Origin: Candidatus Marifrigoribacter sp. Uisw_064 | Lineage (GTDB): Bacteria > Bacteroidota > Bacteroidia > Flavobacteriales > Flavobacteriaceae | Length of the DNA stretch: 64,000 nt | Assembly (NCBI RefSeq): GCF_047730175.1 | Contig: NZ_CP159833.1 | Location: 1,381,144 to 1,445,143 of the forward strand | Reading direction: 5' to 3' | Shown here: piece after piece, positions 9,633 through 19,253 of the stretch | How the letters are laid out: each line of letters begins with the position of its first letter | Position numbering within the stretch: position 1 is the stretch's first letter | Notes under the pieces: generated by a model | What the model saw: the letters and a program-made list of their open reading frames with translations, nothing else | Databases searched by the model: none | Told to the model about the DNA's origin: nothing | Program-made: the position numbers and the translations under genes

Positions 9633-9915
9633 GGATTCCCAGTCAAGCTGAGAATGACAAAAAAGCTGTCATTCAGAGGGAAGTATGACCGAAGAATCTT
9701 TTTATATAATTATTAGAGATTCCTCATTAGCATTCGCATAAGTATCGTGATGGATTCCCAGTCACACTTCGACTTAGCTCAGTGAGACAGCTGAGAATGA
9801 CAAAGAATAATGAAACGAAAAAAGCCTAAAGACTTACGAATGTAAATTTTTAGGCTTTAATAATTTATTAAATTTGTCAATAGAGATTCTTCGCTTCACT
9901 CTGAATGACAAATTA
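9633..9915. repeat. interspersed repeat cluster 2: A' (9633-9660), C (9664-9715), B (9716-9740), A (9753-9804), C-short rc (9884-9912), with terminator embedded
   Basis: Direct sequence matches to modules in clusters 1 and 3. Module C is TGTCATTCAGAGGGAAGTATGACCGAAGAATCTTT. Confidence 0.8.
9822..9860 (-). terminator. Rho-independent terminator (9-bp stem AAGCCTAAA/TTTAGGCTT) downstream of DUF3127 gene
   Basis: Perfect 9-bp stem. The minus strand follows it with a TTTTTT run. Confidence 0.55.
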
Positions 9916-9928
9916 TGTATTTGCTTTT

Positions 9929-10303
9929 TTAGAAAGGCAAATCGTCGTGTTCTTCTGTTTTTAAATCGGTTGCAGGCTCAAAAGCATCTGCAGGAGGCAT
10001 TGGAGGCATATCGCCAGACACCGCTTGCTCTAAATTTTCGATTCTCCAACCATTGATTGAATTAAAATATTTAGTTTCACCTTGTGGGTTCACCCATTCG
10101 CGACCTCTAACATTAATGCTGATTTTCACATTTTGACCTACTGAATAGGTATTTAATAATTCAGCTTTATCCTGTGTGAACTCAATCATAATTTGTTGTG
10201 GATATTGCTCTTCCGTAGTAATTACTACTTCACGTTTTCTAAATCCATTAGATCCAAATGTTTGCGTTTCTCCAATTAATTTAATTTTTCCTTGTAATTC
10301 CAT
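9929..10303 (-). CDS. DUF3127 family protein with SSB-like acidic C-terminal tail (…DDLPF)
   Basis: 124 aa with an OB-fold-like sequence. The C-terminus EEHDDLPF is identical in type to the SSB tail at 39833..40282. Confidence 0.65.
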   Translation of the reverse strand: MELQGKIKLIGETQTFGSNGFRKREVVITTEEQYPQQIMIEFTQDKAELLNTYSVGQNVKISINVRGREWVNPQGETKYFNSINGWRIENLEQAVSGDMPPMPPADAFEPATDLKTEEHDDLPF

Positions 10304-10338
10304 CGTTCTTATATCTATAGTTATTAATTCTATTTAAT

Positions 10339-11208
10339 TTACGCCAATAAAAGCTTCCAAGCTTCCAATACCTTTTCTTCTTTTAATAATTCTTGTGCTT
10401 TTTTATGTATTTCTTCTGAAGAAGCACCTTTTAAATGTGGACATCTTTTTGAAATACCTGCTATAAATTCCTCTGCCTCTTTTTTTGAAGGTAGTTCAGA
10501 AACATTTGCAAGCATCCCTAAATCATTCCCGGTTAGAATTTTGCTATTTCTAATAGCTTCCGGCAATGCATCAACTCCAATACCCATAGTCCTTAAAGGT
10601 TTTGGCACTTCAAACATACCGAGTTTAGAGCGATTGTACCAATTACCACCCATACGTGCCACCGTATCAATTTTTTGAGCATCAATTTTACCCTCTTCAT
10701 CTAAAATAGCTTCATTGATATGTAACTTCACTACTTCAGCGATAATTAAATTACCGGCACCACCTTCAGAACCTAGTGAAATCACTTCGTTTACTTTACA
10801 TTCAAATTGTACTGGAGCTTCTCCCACTCTTGGCGGCTGAATGAAATCTGAAGCCACTTCCGTAAAGCCAGCTTTAGTAAATTCATTGACTCCTTCTTCA
10901 TATTCCGTAGAAGATAAAGACATTTGTTGCACCATATCATAACTAACAATGTTAATAACCACTTCCTTTACTTCTAATACATTTTCTAAAGTATGTTTTG
11001 TCGTATTGCCTCTCACTCTTCTTGCGGGAGAAAATATCATGATCGGTGGATTTGCACTAAATACATTAAAGAAACTAAAAGGCGAAAGGTTTACTTCTCC
11101 CTTAGCATTTACAGTACTTGCTAGGGCAATAGGGCGAGGAGAAACAGCGCTTAGTAAATAGCCGTGCAATGTTCCTGTGGGGATGTCTTTTGGATCTATT
11201 GATATCAT
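10339..11208 (-). CDS. flavin reductase family protein (FMN-binding split barrel)
   Basis: Conserved SAVSPRPIALAST…NLSPFSFF motif of the flavin reductase-like domain. ATG at 11208 (MISIDPKD…) is preferred over the track's GTG at 11256. Confidence 0.75.
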   Translation of the reverse strand: MISIDPKDIPTGTLHGYLLSAVSPRPIALASTVNAKGEVNLSPFSFFNVFSANPPIMIFSPARRVRGNTTKHTLENVLEVKEVVINIVSYDMVQQMSLSSTEYEEGVNEFTKAGFTEVASDFIQPPRVGEAPVQFECKVNEVISLGSEGGAGNLIIAEVVKLHINEAILDEEGKIDAQKIDTVARMGGNWYNRSKLGMFEVPKPLRTMGIGVDALPEAIRNSKILTGNDLGMLANVSELPSKKEAEEFIAGISKRCPHLKGASSEEIHKKAQELLKEEKVLEAWKLLLA

Positions 11209-11286
11209 GATTACAAAGGTACCCAAACTAAAAACTTTGTAAAAGTAAGTTTGCACAATAATATTAACATAATTCCATTATATTTA

Positions 11287-11457
11287 AACTCGTATTCAGC
11301 ATTAGAACTTTGTAATGAAGGCTGAAAGCGCAATAAAATATAACATTTTCTAAGTTTCAGCATAGCACCGCTATGGTTAATCTTAAAAATGTAATAAAAC
11401 GATGTATTTTGAAGTGATTTCAAGGTGTAATAAATTTTTTAATGCTGAATACGAGTT
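11287..11457. repeat. 18-bp perfect inverted repeat (AACTCGTATTCAGCATTA / TAATGCTGAATACGAGTT) flanking a 135-bp segment
   Basis: Inverted-repeat arms at 11287-11304 and 11440-11457. It lies in the divergent intergenic region between the flavin reductase and histidine kinase genes. Confidence 0.7.
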
Positions 11458-11479
11458 AATACTTTAACCCTTTTCTATA

Positions 11480-12622
11480 ATGTTTAAAAATACGTCACTG
11501 ACTCGTTGGTTTTTTTTAGTTGTTTCCTTGTTAATCATCACATTGATCATGTGGAATACGTATTCTTTTTTCAATCAGTTAAAAGAAAATGAACGTGAAA
11601 AGATGGATATTTGGGGAGCAGCTCAAAAGAACATTGAAAATGAGGACGATTCTAATGACCTTATTTTAAAAATATTACAAGGCAATATGACTACGCCAAT
11701 GATTTTGTATAGTCATAAGCAAGAGAGTTATAATAATAAGAATATTCCAGAAGAAGATTTCGATACTCCTGAAAAAATTCAAAATCTGATTACACAATTT
11801 TCAAACGAGTATGAACCAATAGAAATACGTTATAAAGATGAATTGTTACAAACCGTTTATTTTGGAAATTCTCCCATCATCAATAAAATAAAATTCTATC
11901 CCGCAGCTTTAATATTGATTATGCTGTTGTTTTTTTCAGCGATATACTTTTTCTTTAAAACGGCAAAAGCTTCGGAACAAAATAAGTTATGGGCAGGAAT
12001 GGCTAAAGAAACGGCACATCAAATTGGTACTCCTTTGTCTTCTTTATATGGTTGGACAGAAATACTTAAATCTGAAAATGTTAATCCGGAATATATTGTA
12101 GAAATAGAAAAAGATGTAGATCGATTACAAACCATTACTGAACGTTTTTCGAAAGTGGGTTCTATTCCTTTAATGGAGAAAAATGATATTGTTCTTGAAA
12201 CAAAAAAGGCCTATGATTATTTAAAAAGTAGAACTTCAAAACTGATTGAATTTGAATTAGAGTTACCTGAAGATCCATTGTATGTAAAAATGAACCCTCA
12301 ACTGTTTGGTTGGACCTTTGAAAACTTAGTAAAAAATGGAATTGACGCCATGAGAGGAAAGGGCAAGATTACCATTACTATTGAGACGAATTTAAAAAGT
12401 GTATTTATTAGAATTTCTGATACCGGAAAAGGTATTCAGAAAAAGAATTTTAATAAAATATTTGTTCCAGGCTTTACCACCAAAAAAAGAGGTTGGGGAT
12501 TAGGCCTCTCACTCGCAAAACGAATTATTGAAGACTATCACAAAGGAAAGATTAGAGTGTCAAAAAGTGTAATTGATAAAGGAACTACGATAGAGATTAG
12601 CCTTAAACAAATTACGGATTAA
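11480..12622 (+). CDS. sensor histidine kinase (membrane-anchored, orphan)
   Basis: N-terminal TM segments. H-box ETAHQIGTPLSSLYGW. HATPase_c motifs (NLVKNGIDA, DTGKGI, GWGLGLSLA). Confidence 0.85.
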   Translation: MFKNTSLTRWFFLVVSLLIITLIMWNTYSFFNQLKENEREKMDIWGAAQKNIENEDDSNDLILKILQGNMTTPMILYSHKQESYNNKNIPEEDFDTPEKIQNLITQFSNEYEPIEIRYKDELLQTVYFGNSPIINKIKFYPAALILIMLLFFSAIYFFFKTAKASEQNKLWAGMAKETAHQIGTPLSSLYGWTEILKSENVNPEYIVEIEKDVDRLQTITERFSKVGSIPLMEKNDIVLETKKAYDYLKSRTSKLIEFELELPEDPLYVKMNPQLFGWTFENLVKNGIDAMRGKGKITITIETNLKSVFIRISDTGKGIQKKNFNKIFVPGFTTKKRGWGLGLSLAKRIIEDYHKGKIRVSKSVIDKGTTIEISLKQITD

Positions 12623-13008
12623 AGGTTTTTTTGAACTGCTTCAGCTAATGATTTAAATTCAGCATCTGTCATAGAAACTTTATGAGAGAAAGTCATTTCT
12701 TTCATATCGTTTAAAGGAATAAGATGTACATGTACATGAGGAACTTCTAGTCCAATAACTGCCATTCCAACACGTTTACAAGGGATGGTTTTTTCTAAAG
12801 CAATGCCTACTTTGCGAGAAAATTGCATTAATTTTAAATAGAGAGCTTCCTCCAAATCTAAAATTTTATTTACTTCTAGTTTAGGCACACAAAGCGTGTG
12901 TCCTTTAGCGTTCGGATTAATATCAAAAAAAGCAATGAAATTATCGTCCTCTGCTATTTTATAGCAAGGAATCTCACCATTAATAATTTTTGTAAAAACG
13001 GATGCCAT
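12619..13008 (-). CDS. HIT family protein
   Basis: 129 aa. Histidine triad HVHVHLIP and N-terminal FTKIINGEIP are HIT motifs. Confidence 0.85.
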   Translation of the reverse strand: MASVFTKIINGEIPCYKIAEDDNFIAFFDINPNAKGHTLCVPKLEVNKILDLEEALYLKLMQFSRKVGIALEKTIPCKRVGMAVIGLEVPHVHVHLIPLNDMKEMTFSHKVSMTDAEFKSLAEAVQKNL

Positions 13009-13010
13009 AA

Positions 13011-13487
13011 TTACCCTCTAGTTATTTCAATTATTTCAAAATTCATGATACCGTTTGGCACTTTAACTTCGGTTGATTCGCTTACTTTTTTTCCTAAAAG
13101 ACCTCTTCCGATAGGAGAATCAACAGAGATTAAACCCTTACTTAAATCGGCTTCACTTTGAGCAACCAATTTATACACCATTTCCATTCCAGTTACTGTA
13201 TTTTTAATTTTCACAGTAGAATGAATTAATGCTTTTGAGGTATCTAATTGAGATTCATCAATGATTCGTGCATTAGATAATACTTCTTCTAATTTAGAAA
13301 TATGCATTTCTAACATTCCTTGTGCTTCTTTTGCTGCATCGTATTCAGCATTTTCACTTAAATCACCTTTATCACGTGCTTCTCCAATAGCTTGAGAAGC
13401 TTTTGGGCGCTCTACATCTTTTAACTGATTTAATTCACCTCTCAGTTTTCTAAGTCCTTCTTCGGTATAATAAGATACTTTACTCAT
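13011..13487 (-). CDS. greA: transcription elongation factor GreA
   Basis: 158 aa with GDLSENAEYDAAKEAQ coiled-coil motif and FKBP-like C-terminus. Confidence 0.9.
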   Translation of the reverse strand: MSKVSYYTEEGLRKLRGELNQLKDVERPKASQAIGEARDKGDLSENAEYDAAKEAQGMLEMHISKLEEVLSNARIIDESQLDTSKALIHSTVKIKNTVTGMEMVYKLVAQSEADLSKGLISVDSPIGRGLLGKKVSESTEVKVPNGIMNFEIIEITRG

Positions 13488-13580
13488 AAATCTTCATATT
13501 TTCCCTGTGAAAACAGGAATCTCATTCAATCAATAATAATCCCTTTTCATTTAAGAAAAGACCCTGCCTTGTACAGGAAT

Positions 13581-13607
13581 AAAAAAAATCCCATATACAA
13601 CGGGATT
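13581..13607 (-). terminator. orphan intrinsic terminator-like hairpin (AATCCC/GGGATT stem + U8) on minus strand
   Basis: The plus strand reads AAAAAAAATCCCATATACAACGGGATT. On the minus strand that is a hairpin followed by TTTTTTTT. No minus-strand CDS lies immediately upstream. Confidence 0.35.
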
Positions 13608-13841
13608 TAGTACAACAAAGATACTAAAAAATAGTTTTATGGAGGATCAAGTTACTGTTTTTGAAAAGTTATAATGCTGTTAATATTAAAATTAATTCTA
13701 TTATAAAGGTTAATTAAAGTCATAATCGTTAATTTTGAATGTTTAATTATATTATGAAACGAGTATGCTAAAAAGTTTATCACACAAGAGGAGTGAATCA
13801 TAGCGAACAGCATGTGACCGATAAAAAAATATTATATACAC

Positions 13842-14276
13842 ATGAAACAGACAGCAATAGTTTTAATGTTGGGTTTATTTATTTTATCATGTAGTAGTAG
13901 TGATGACAATAGAAATAGTAACCCTAATTTATTTGATCCTTTAGTTAATTTAAACCTAAATTTAAACCTGCCAGAATATAATTCTTTAAAATTTCCAGGA
14001 AGTAGTGTTTTTATTACAAGCCAAGGAATAAAAGGAATTGTTATTTACAATGTAAATAATGAAATATATACAGCTTCAGAGTTAACCGATCCCAACCATG
14101 TTCCTAATGATTGTTCAAGTATGAGTATTGTTGGAATTATTGCAACCTGTCCTTGTCCCAATGATAATCATGAATATGATATTGTTACGGGAAAACACAG
14201 AACAGACGAATCATTGTATCCTATGCAACAATATAGAATTGAACGCAATGGAGATAATATATTTGTATCTAATTAA
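13842..14276 (+). CDS. hypothetical lipoprotein
   Basis: Signal peptide plus lipobox (LFILSCSS). Cys-rich segment CPCPNDNHEY. Convergent with the TonB-dependent receptor. Confidence 0.55.
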   Translation: MKQTAIVLMLGLFILSCSSSDDNRNSNPNLFDPLVNLNLNLNLPEYNSLKFPGSSVFITSQGIKGIVIYNVNNEIYTASELTDPNHVPNDCSSMSIVGIIATCPCPNDNHEYDIVTGKHRTDESLYPMQQYRIERNGDNIFVSN

Positions 14277-16450
14277 AATTTAATAGTTGCTCCTACAATA
14301 AAATTTGTGGTTGCTTGTGGGTAATAACCAGCCCCTTCAATAGTTGTTGTTGTATCAGGCTCACTCCAAGTATCATCATAAGTGAAAAAATATCCGTTAG
14401 AAACATATTTCTCGTTAAAGATATTATTTACAATTCCTGAAAGAACAATAGACTCTACAAAAGGAACATTTTTAAAAGTATACACTATATTAATATCGTT
14501 TGTAAAATAAGCGTCAAGCTTTGATGTTTCACTATCGATATTACCCATATATTGTTCTCCTACATATTTTGAAAGCCAATTAATTTGCAAGTTTTTAACG
14601 GGGCTATATTCAATTACATTTCCAACGATTACCGAAGGAGAAAAGGAAATATTTGTATTTCCTAAATTGACTAAAGCGCCATCTTTTGAGGCAATAAAAT
14701 CTTCATTTTTATTCTGACTAATCGCTAGGTTAGGTCTATATGTTAAATTTTTCAACAAAGAAACAGAGGCGTCAATCTCAAGACCCATTCTATAACTTTT
14801 ACCGCTAGTAGCTCTATTACTTGCGCCAGTATCATCTAATTCGCCTGTCAGTACTAATTGATCGGTATAGTTCATATAGTAAAAATTGGTATTTACATGT
14901 GCTTTTTCTGAAACAAACCGCCACCCTAATTCATAATCATCTAATTTTTCAGGAGTGCTAACACCATTTTCAAAATCATTTCTATTAGGCTCTCTATGCG
15001 CTTTTCCAAACGATGCATAGAATTGATTTTTAGGATTCATTTTAAATGAAATTCCAGTTTTCGGATTAAAGAAGCTATATTTTTCATCCACTAAAAGTTC
15101 TTCTTTATCTGAAGTCAAACCAGAAGTACTATAATCTACAAATCGTTCTTGAAGGTCACCATAAATACTCCATCTATTATTGAGTCTATACGTCGCTTTC
15201 GAAAATACTGTAAACTCTCTTTTCTCTCCATTTCCTTCGTAATAACGATCTCCTTGTTGTGAGTTTCCCGCAAATTGAGACCAAATAACTTCACCGAAAT
15301 GATCACCGTCATAATAACTATAAGATGAGCCTGTAGTTATATCAATTTTTGAATTTTTATAAGTGATGGAAGTATTCATTACATAAAAATCATTGTCTAA
15401 CCATCTTCTTCTAATTAAATCGGTTGTATTAACTGTTTCTCCTCCAATTTCGATAGGTTCAAAATTATAAAAATCGAACTCTTGATCTTCTTTGTATTGC
15501 TCAAAATATCCTCTTCCGTAGGTATAATTTAAACCAATATTTGCACTCCAATTAGTATTGAATTTTTGATTCCAATGAAACTGATAATGATCTTGTGAGT
15601 AATGATCTACTTCATTGTCATGAAATTGAATGGTTCCGTCTTCATCTGTATAACTACCTGAAGGATTAAATATTCTATCACTTTCTAGGGTTTCAGCGTC
15701 AATACCATTCCATGCTTGGTAAGTTTCTTCAACTCCACCAAATGCAATTGCTTTTATTAATGTGTTATCACTTTTATAGGATGCTTGAAGGAAATATGAT
15801 TTTAAATCTGATGATGCTCGATCTATATAACCGTCAGATGCTATTTTGGATAAACGTCCAGCTAGTTCAAAACGATCTTTTAGTAAGCCAGTACTAAACT
15901 TTACAGTATGTTTTCTAGTATTAAATGAACCAAATGAATTAGATATTTCTCCCCTTGCTTTTTCTGAAATGGCATCAGTCAAAATATTTAAACTAGCTCC
16001 AAATGCCCCCGATCCATTTGTTGAGGTTCCAACTCCTCTTTGTAATTGAAGGTTTTCAATAGAAGATGCAAAATCGGGTAGATCTACTAAAAATGAACCT
16101 TGACTTTCAGCATCATTATAAGGAATACCGTTTAATGTAATATTCACTCGTGAAGCATCACTTCCTCTAACTCTAAAACTTGTGTAACCTACACCAGCAC
16201 CTGCATCGGAAGTGGTGACAACGGAAGGTAAAAAATTAAGGAGAATAGGTATATCTTGCCCTAGATTTCTTTTAGCTAAATCTTCTTTATCAAGGTTAGA
16301 ATGGGTTATAGGTGAATCTGCATCTACTCGGACTGCTTTAATAAGCACTTCGTCAAGTGTCTCTAGTTTGGTCGTATCTGCAACAGGTTCTTGAGCAATC
16401 ATAAAAGTTGATGCACTCAAAGTGATTAGTAAGCAATATAATTTTTTCAT
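14273..16450 (-). CDS. TonB-dependent outer-membrane receptor (candidate thiamine/TPP-precursor transporter)
   Basis: 725 aa with signal peptide. Plug-domain motifs (DEVLIKAVRV, TonB box-like) and C-terminal beta-barrel ending in an aromatic residue (…IKF). A TPP riboswitch lies in the 5' leader. Confidence 0.85.
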   Translation of the reverse strand: MKKLYCLLITLSASTFMIAQEPVADTTKLETLDEVLIKAVRVDADSPITHSNLDKEDLAKRNLGQDIPILLNFLPSVVTTSDAGAGVGYTSFRVRGSDASRVNITLNGIPYNDAESQGSFLVDLPDFASSIENLQLQRGVGTSTNGSGAFGASLNILTDAISEKARGEISNSFGSFNTRKHTVKFSTGLLKDRFELAGRLSKIASDGYIDRASSDLKSYFLQASYKSDNTLIKAIAFGGVEETYQAWNGIDAETLESDRIFNPSGSYTDEDGTIQFHDNEVDHYSQDHYQFHWNQKFNTNWSANIGLNYTYGRGYFEQYKEDQEFDFYNFEPIEIGGETVNTTDLIRRRWLDNDFYVMNTSITYKNSKIDITTGSSYSYYDGDHFGEVIWSQFAGNSQQGDRYYEGNGEKREFTVFSKATYRLNNRWSIYGDLQERFVDYSTSGLTSDKEELLVDEKYSFFNPKTGISFKMNPKNQFYASFGKAHREPNRNDFENGVSTPEKLDDYELGWRFVSEKAHVNTNFYYMNYTDQLVLTGELDDTGASNRATSGKSYRMGLEIDASVSLLKNLTYRPNLAISQNKNEDFIASKDGALVNLGNTNISFSPSVIVGNVIEYSPVKNLQINWLSKYVGEQYMGNIDSETSKLDAYFTNDINIVYTFKNVPFVESIVLSGIVNNIFNEKYVSNGYFFTYDDTWSEPDTTTTIEGAGYYPQATTNFIVGATIKF

Positions 16451-16496
16451 CCGTTCTGGTTTTTCTACGAATAAAAGGGGTAATATTCTAAGTTTT

Positions 16497-16590
16497 ATTT
16501 TTTCTAAAATCCCTAAACAGCATTACCTGTTCTAGGTTCATTGGGTATGATCTCAGCCGATTTAGGCACCCCTTTTTTGAGAACGGGACA
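16497..16590 (-). promoter_or_regulatory. TPP (thiamine pyrophosphate) riboswitch in 5' leader of TonB-dependent receptor
   Basis: Minus-strand sequence is …AAAAAAGGGGTGCCTAAATCGGCTGAGATCATACCCAATGAACCTAGAACAGGTAATGCTGTTTAGGGAT…. It matches the THI-element core (GGGGTGCC, GCTGAGA, ACCC…TGAACCTG, GGTAATGC, AGGGA). Confidence 0.85.
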
Positions 16591-16616
16591 AAGGTAGATT
16601 AGAAAAGTATAATAGT

Positions 16617-17021
16617 CTAATCTATTTTAGGATTTTTTCTATTGTTTTTTTTTAAGGCTTGATTACGCTTAGAAGTAAGCCGTTTTTCAATCGAACCTCT
16701 TGAAGGTTTTGTCTTTCTTCGAGGTTTTGCTTTTATTAAACTTTTTTCAATTAAATCAATAAGTCTTTTTATTACAATCGCTTTGTTTTTGTGTTGACTT
16801 CTTGTTTTACCGCTTTGTAAAATGATATTTCCTTCTGAAGTAATTCGATTTTTTAACTTTTCGGTGACGCGTATTTTTTCCCTATCGGAAATCGCTTCTG
16901 AATTAGAAACCGAAAAAGTTACTTCAACCTTTGAAGCCGTTTTATTCACATGTTGCCCTCCAGCACCGCTACTTCGTATGGCTTTAAAAGAAAGTTCTTT
17001 AAGAAGGGTTTCAATATTCAT
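16617..17021 (-). CDS. arfB: alternative ribosome-rescue factor ArfB (peptidyl-tRNA hydrolase, GGQ motif)
   Basis: 134 aa with SGAGGQHVNKT GGQ motif and basic C-terminal tail. Start overlaps the stop of the upstream gene by 1 nt. Confidence 0.85.
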   Translation of the reverse strand: MNIETLLKELSFKAIRSSGAGGQHVNKTASKVEVTFSVSNSEAISDREKIRVTEKLKNRITSEGNIILQSGKTRSQHKNKAIVIKRLIDLIEKSLIKAKPRRKTKPSRGSIEKRLTSKRNQALKKNNRKNPKID

Positions 17022-18568
17022 TATGCATTAGGGCGATGTTCTTTTTTTAATAAGTCATTCACCGTTTTAACAGGATTAAAGGTAAATAAAGGAACTTCAA
17101 CTAAAGCGGTATTCCAATTAGACATTGCGCCATTCCATAGACCAGGAAGTTCTAGTGCTTTTAACGGTTTTCCATCTTGTGATTTTTCAGTAATAATCCC
17201 TGAATTTGGATCTGTAAAATTTGATAAATCAAACTTATTTCCTTTATAATCCCTTATGCCACAAACAATATCTACAGGGTTAAAATGAGTTGCTTCATTA
17301 ATGATGGTTTGTTGGTGATTATCGAGGGGGTCAATTTGTGACATTTCGACAATCTGTAAAGAGGTTGTTTGACTAATTCTATCTTTTACCCAAAAAGGGC
17401 CACCTCCAGGAGCTCCAGTATTTTTTACAACACCACAGACTCTAATAGGTCGATTTAAGATCTCTAAAATTGTTTCTTTTTCAATTAATACATCTTTTAT
17501 GTTCAATTCATTCCAAAGGAAAGATTTTATTTCTGCGGATAATTCTAGAGACATTTCTGTGTTATCGAGGAGTTTTATGTATGAAAACACTTTTTTCTGG
17601 ACCCAAAGCATTTTACCAACCAGTACTTTTTTATAATAAGAAATTGGTTCAATATATTCTTCAGCAACAACATTATCAATATTTTTTATAAAGATAACAT
17701 CTGCATCTACTTCATTAAGGTTACTTAATAAAGCACCATGCCCTGAAGGTCTAAAAACCAATTCTTCATTTTTATTTCTGAAAGGAGTATTATCAAAATG
17801 AACCGCAATGGTGTCTGTTTCATTTTTCTGAAATGAATATGATATATGAAACTCTTTTTTGGTCTTTTTACTAACCCTTGTTTTTATTTCATTGAATTTC
17901 TCTTTAAAAAAATTGACATGATTTTTTGAAAAAGTAAAATGTAAATAAACATCATTACCTACTGATGCAAAATAGGCTGCTTCTAATAATTGTTCTTCAA
18001 AAGCAGTCGTAGCATATTTTTGATATTTATGAAAAGGAATTAAACCTTTAGGAAGATTACTAAAATTAAGTCCTTTATTTCCTAACATGGTTTTTACAAA
18101 TAATTGGTATCTAACTCCTTTTGTTCCATGTTTGTAATCTGGATATTTTTCACGAATTTTTTTTCGGACATCATTAACAAAAGCAAAATCTTTATATGAA
18201 TTAAAAAAAGTTTCAAGGTCTTTTTTATCACCTTCATTTAAATAGGTGCTTATGGACTCTAATTCTGGGTTATAATCTTCTAAAAAAGAATGTAAAAACT
18301 TAAACATTCTTGTCGCAGCACCAGAGGCCGGTACAAATTTCACAATGTCTAGAGATTCCTTTTTATCTTCATAGAAACTTATTAGTTTTTGTTGATTATC
18401 TTTAGAAATAACTTCAATTCCATTACCAACAGAAGCAGAAGTTATTACTTCAACAAAAGGAATGCTATTTATAAAAGTTGCCTTTTGCTGATTAACTTTT
18501 TCTAGCGTTAAATTGTGTTGTTTTATTTGTTTAAGATCCTTTTCAGAAAAGATTAAATTCTTTTTCAA
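17021..18568 (-). CDS. DUF4301-like protein (515 aa) with weak nucleotidyltransferase-like motifs
   Basis: No classical family recognised. Motifs FVPASGAATRMF and FRPSGHGALL resemble the G-rich loop and PPGHGD motif of UDPGP-type pyrophosphorylases. It is in an operon with nrk and pnuC. Confidence 0.5.
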   Translation of the reverse strand: MKKNLIFSEKDLKQIKQHNLTLEKVNQQKATFINSIPFVEVITSASVGNGIEVISKDNQQKLISFYEDKKESLDIVKFVPASGAATRMFKFLHSFLEDYNPELESISTYLNEGDKKDLETFFNSYKDFAFVNDVRKKIREKYPDYKHGTKGVRYQLFVKTMLGNKGLNFSNLPKGLIPFHKYQKYATTAFEEQLLEAAYFASVGNDVYLHFTFSKNHVNFFKEKFNEIKTRVSKKTKKEFHISYSFQKNETDTIAVHFDNTPFRNKNEELVFRPSGHGALLSNLNEVDADVIFIKNIDNVVAEEYIEPISYYKKVLVGKMLWVQKKVFSYIKLLDNTEMSLELSAEIKSFLWNELNIKDVLIEKETILEILNRPIRVCGVVKNTGAPGGGPFWVKDRISQTTSLQIVEMSQIDPLDNHQQTIINEATHFNPVDIVCGIRDYKGNKFDLSNFTDPNSGIITEKSQDGKPLKALELPGLWNGAMSNWNTALVEVPLFTFNPVKTVNDLLKKEHRPNA

Positions 18569-18692
18569 TTTTCTTTTTTAATAATGAATGTTATAATAAA
18601 TCCTATTATCCAAAATTAAGAAAGATTTTCTCCATATTATCAATATTATCAATTACATTCTCGATAATATAAATTTTTAAGTTTTTTTTTAA

Positions 18693-19253
18693 TTATTTAA
18701 GCAAAGAATCTATGACTTCAACCGCTTTTTGTAGACGCTCTTTTTTTGAGCCTTTTAGTAGCACAAAAGGTCTATTATTTTTCTTTAATGAATCCTTAAA
18801 TGCTAAAAACATCTCCTCTCTTTCGGTGGGCTTATCTCTTAAATCGTCTTCTTCCCAGGGCGTATCTATGTAGGTTAATAAATACATGTCGTATGTATTT
18901 TCTAGTGCGTATTTTTCGAGAAGAGGATCGCAAATTCCTTCGTAATACGCTTCAGAATAGACTTTTGTCTCAAGTAAATCCGTATCACAAATTAAAACAG
19001 AATCTGTCTTTTGAGCTAAATCATTTTCAAGTTTCATTTGCCCTTCAGCAATAGGGAGTAAATCACCTTGAGCACAAGTTTTACGCTCATTATTCCATTT
19101 ATTTTGTAAATATTCGCGTGCGTATTCTGGCACCCAAACTGAATGATAATGTCTTGCTAATTGTTTAGCAAGTGTAGTTTTTCCTGTAGATTCAGGGCCA
19201 AATAGTACAACTTTTAAGCAATTACTTTGCTGCTGTTTAAGTGTTTTTTCCAT
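18693..19253 (-). CDS. NadR-type ribosylnicotinamide kinase-domain ATPase (stand-alone RNK domain)
   Basis: 186 aa with Walker A GPESTGKTTLAKQLA. Resembles the C-terminal kinase domain of NadR. Overlaps pnuC by 40 nt. Confidence 0.7.
   Translation of the reverse strand: MEKTLKQQQSNCLKVVLFGPESTGKTTLAKQLARHYHSVWVPEYAREYLQNKWNNERKTCAQGDLLPIAEGQMKLENDLAQKTDSVLICDTDLLETKVYSEAYYEGICDPLLEKYALENTYDMYLLTYIDTPWEEDDLRDKPTEREEMFLAFKDSLKKNNRPFVLLKGSKKERLQKAVEVIDSLLK

Noticed and set aside
15712-16394. Plus-strand ORFs 15712..15897, 15846..16049, 16212..16394
   Set aside because: Antisense within the TonB-dependent receptor gene.
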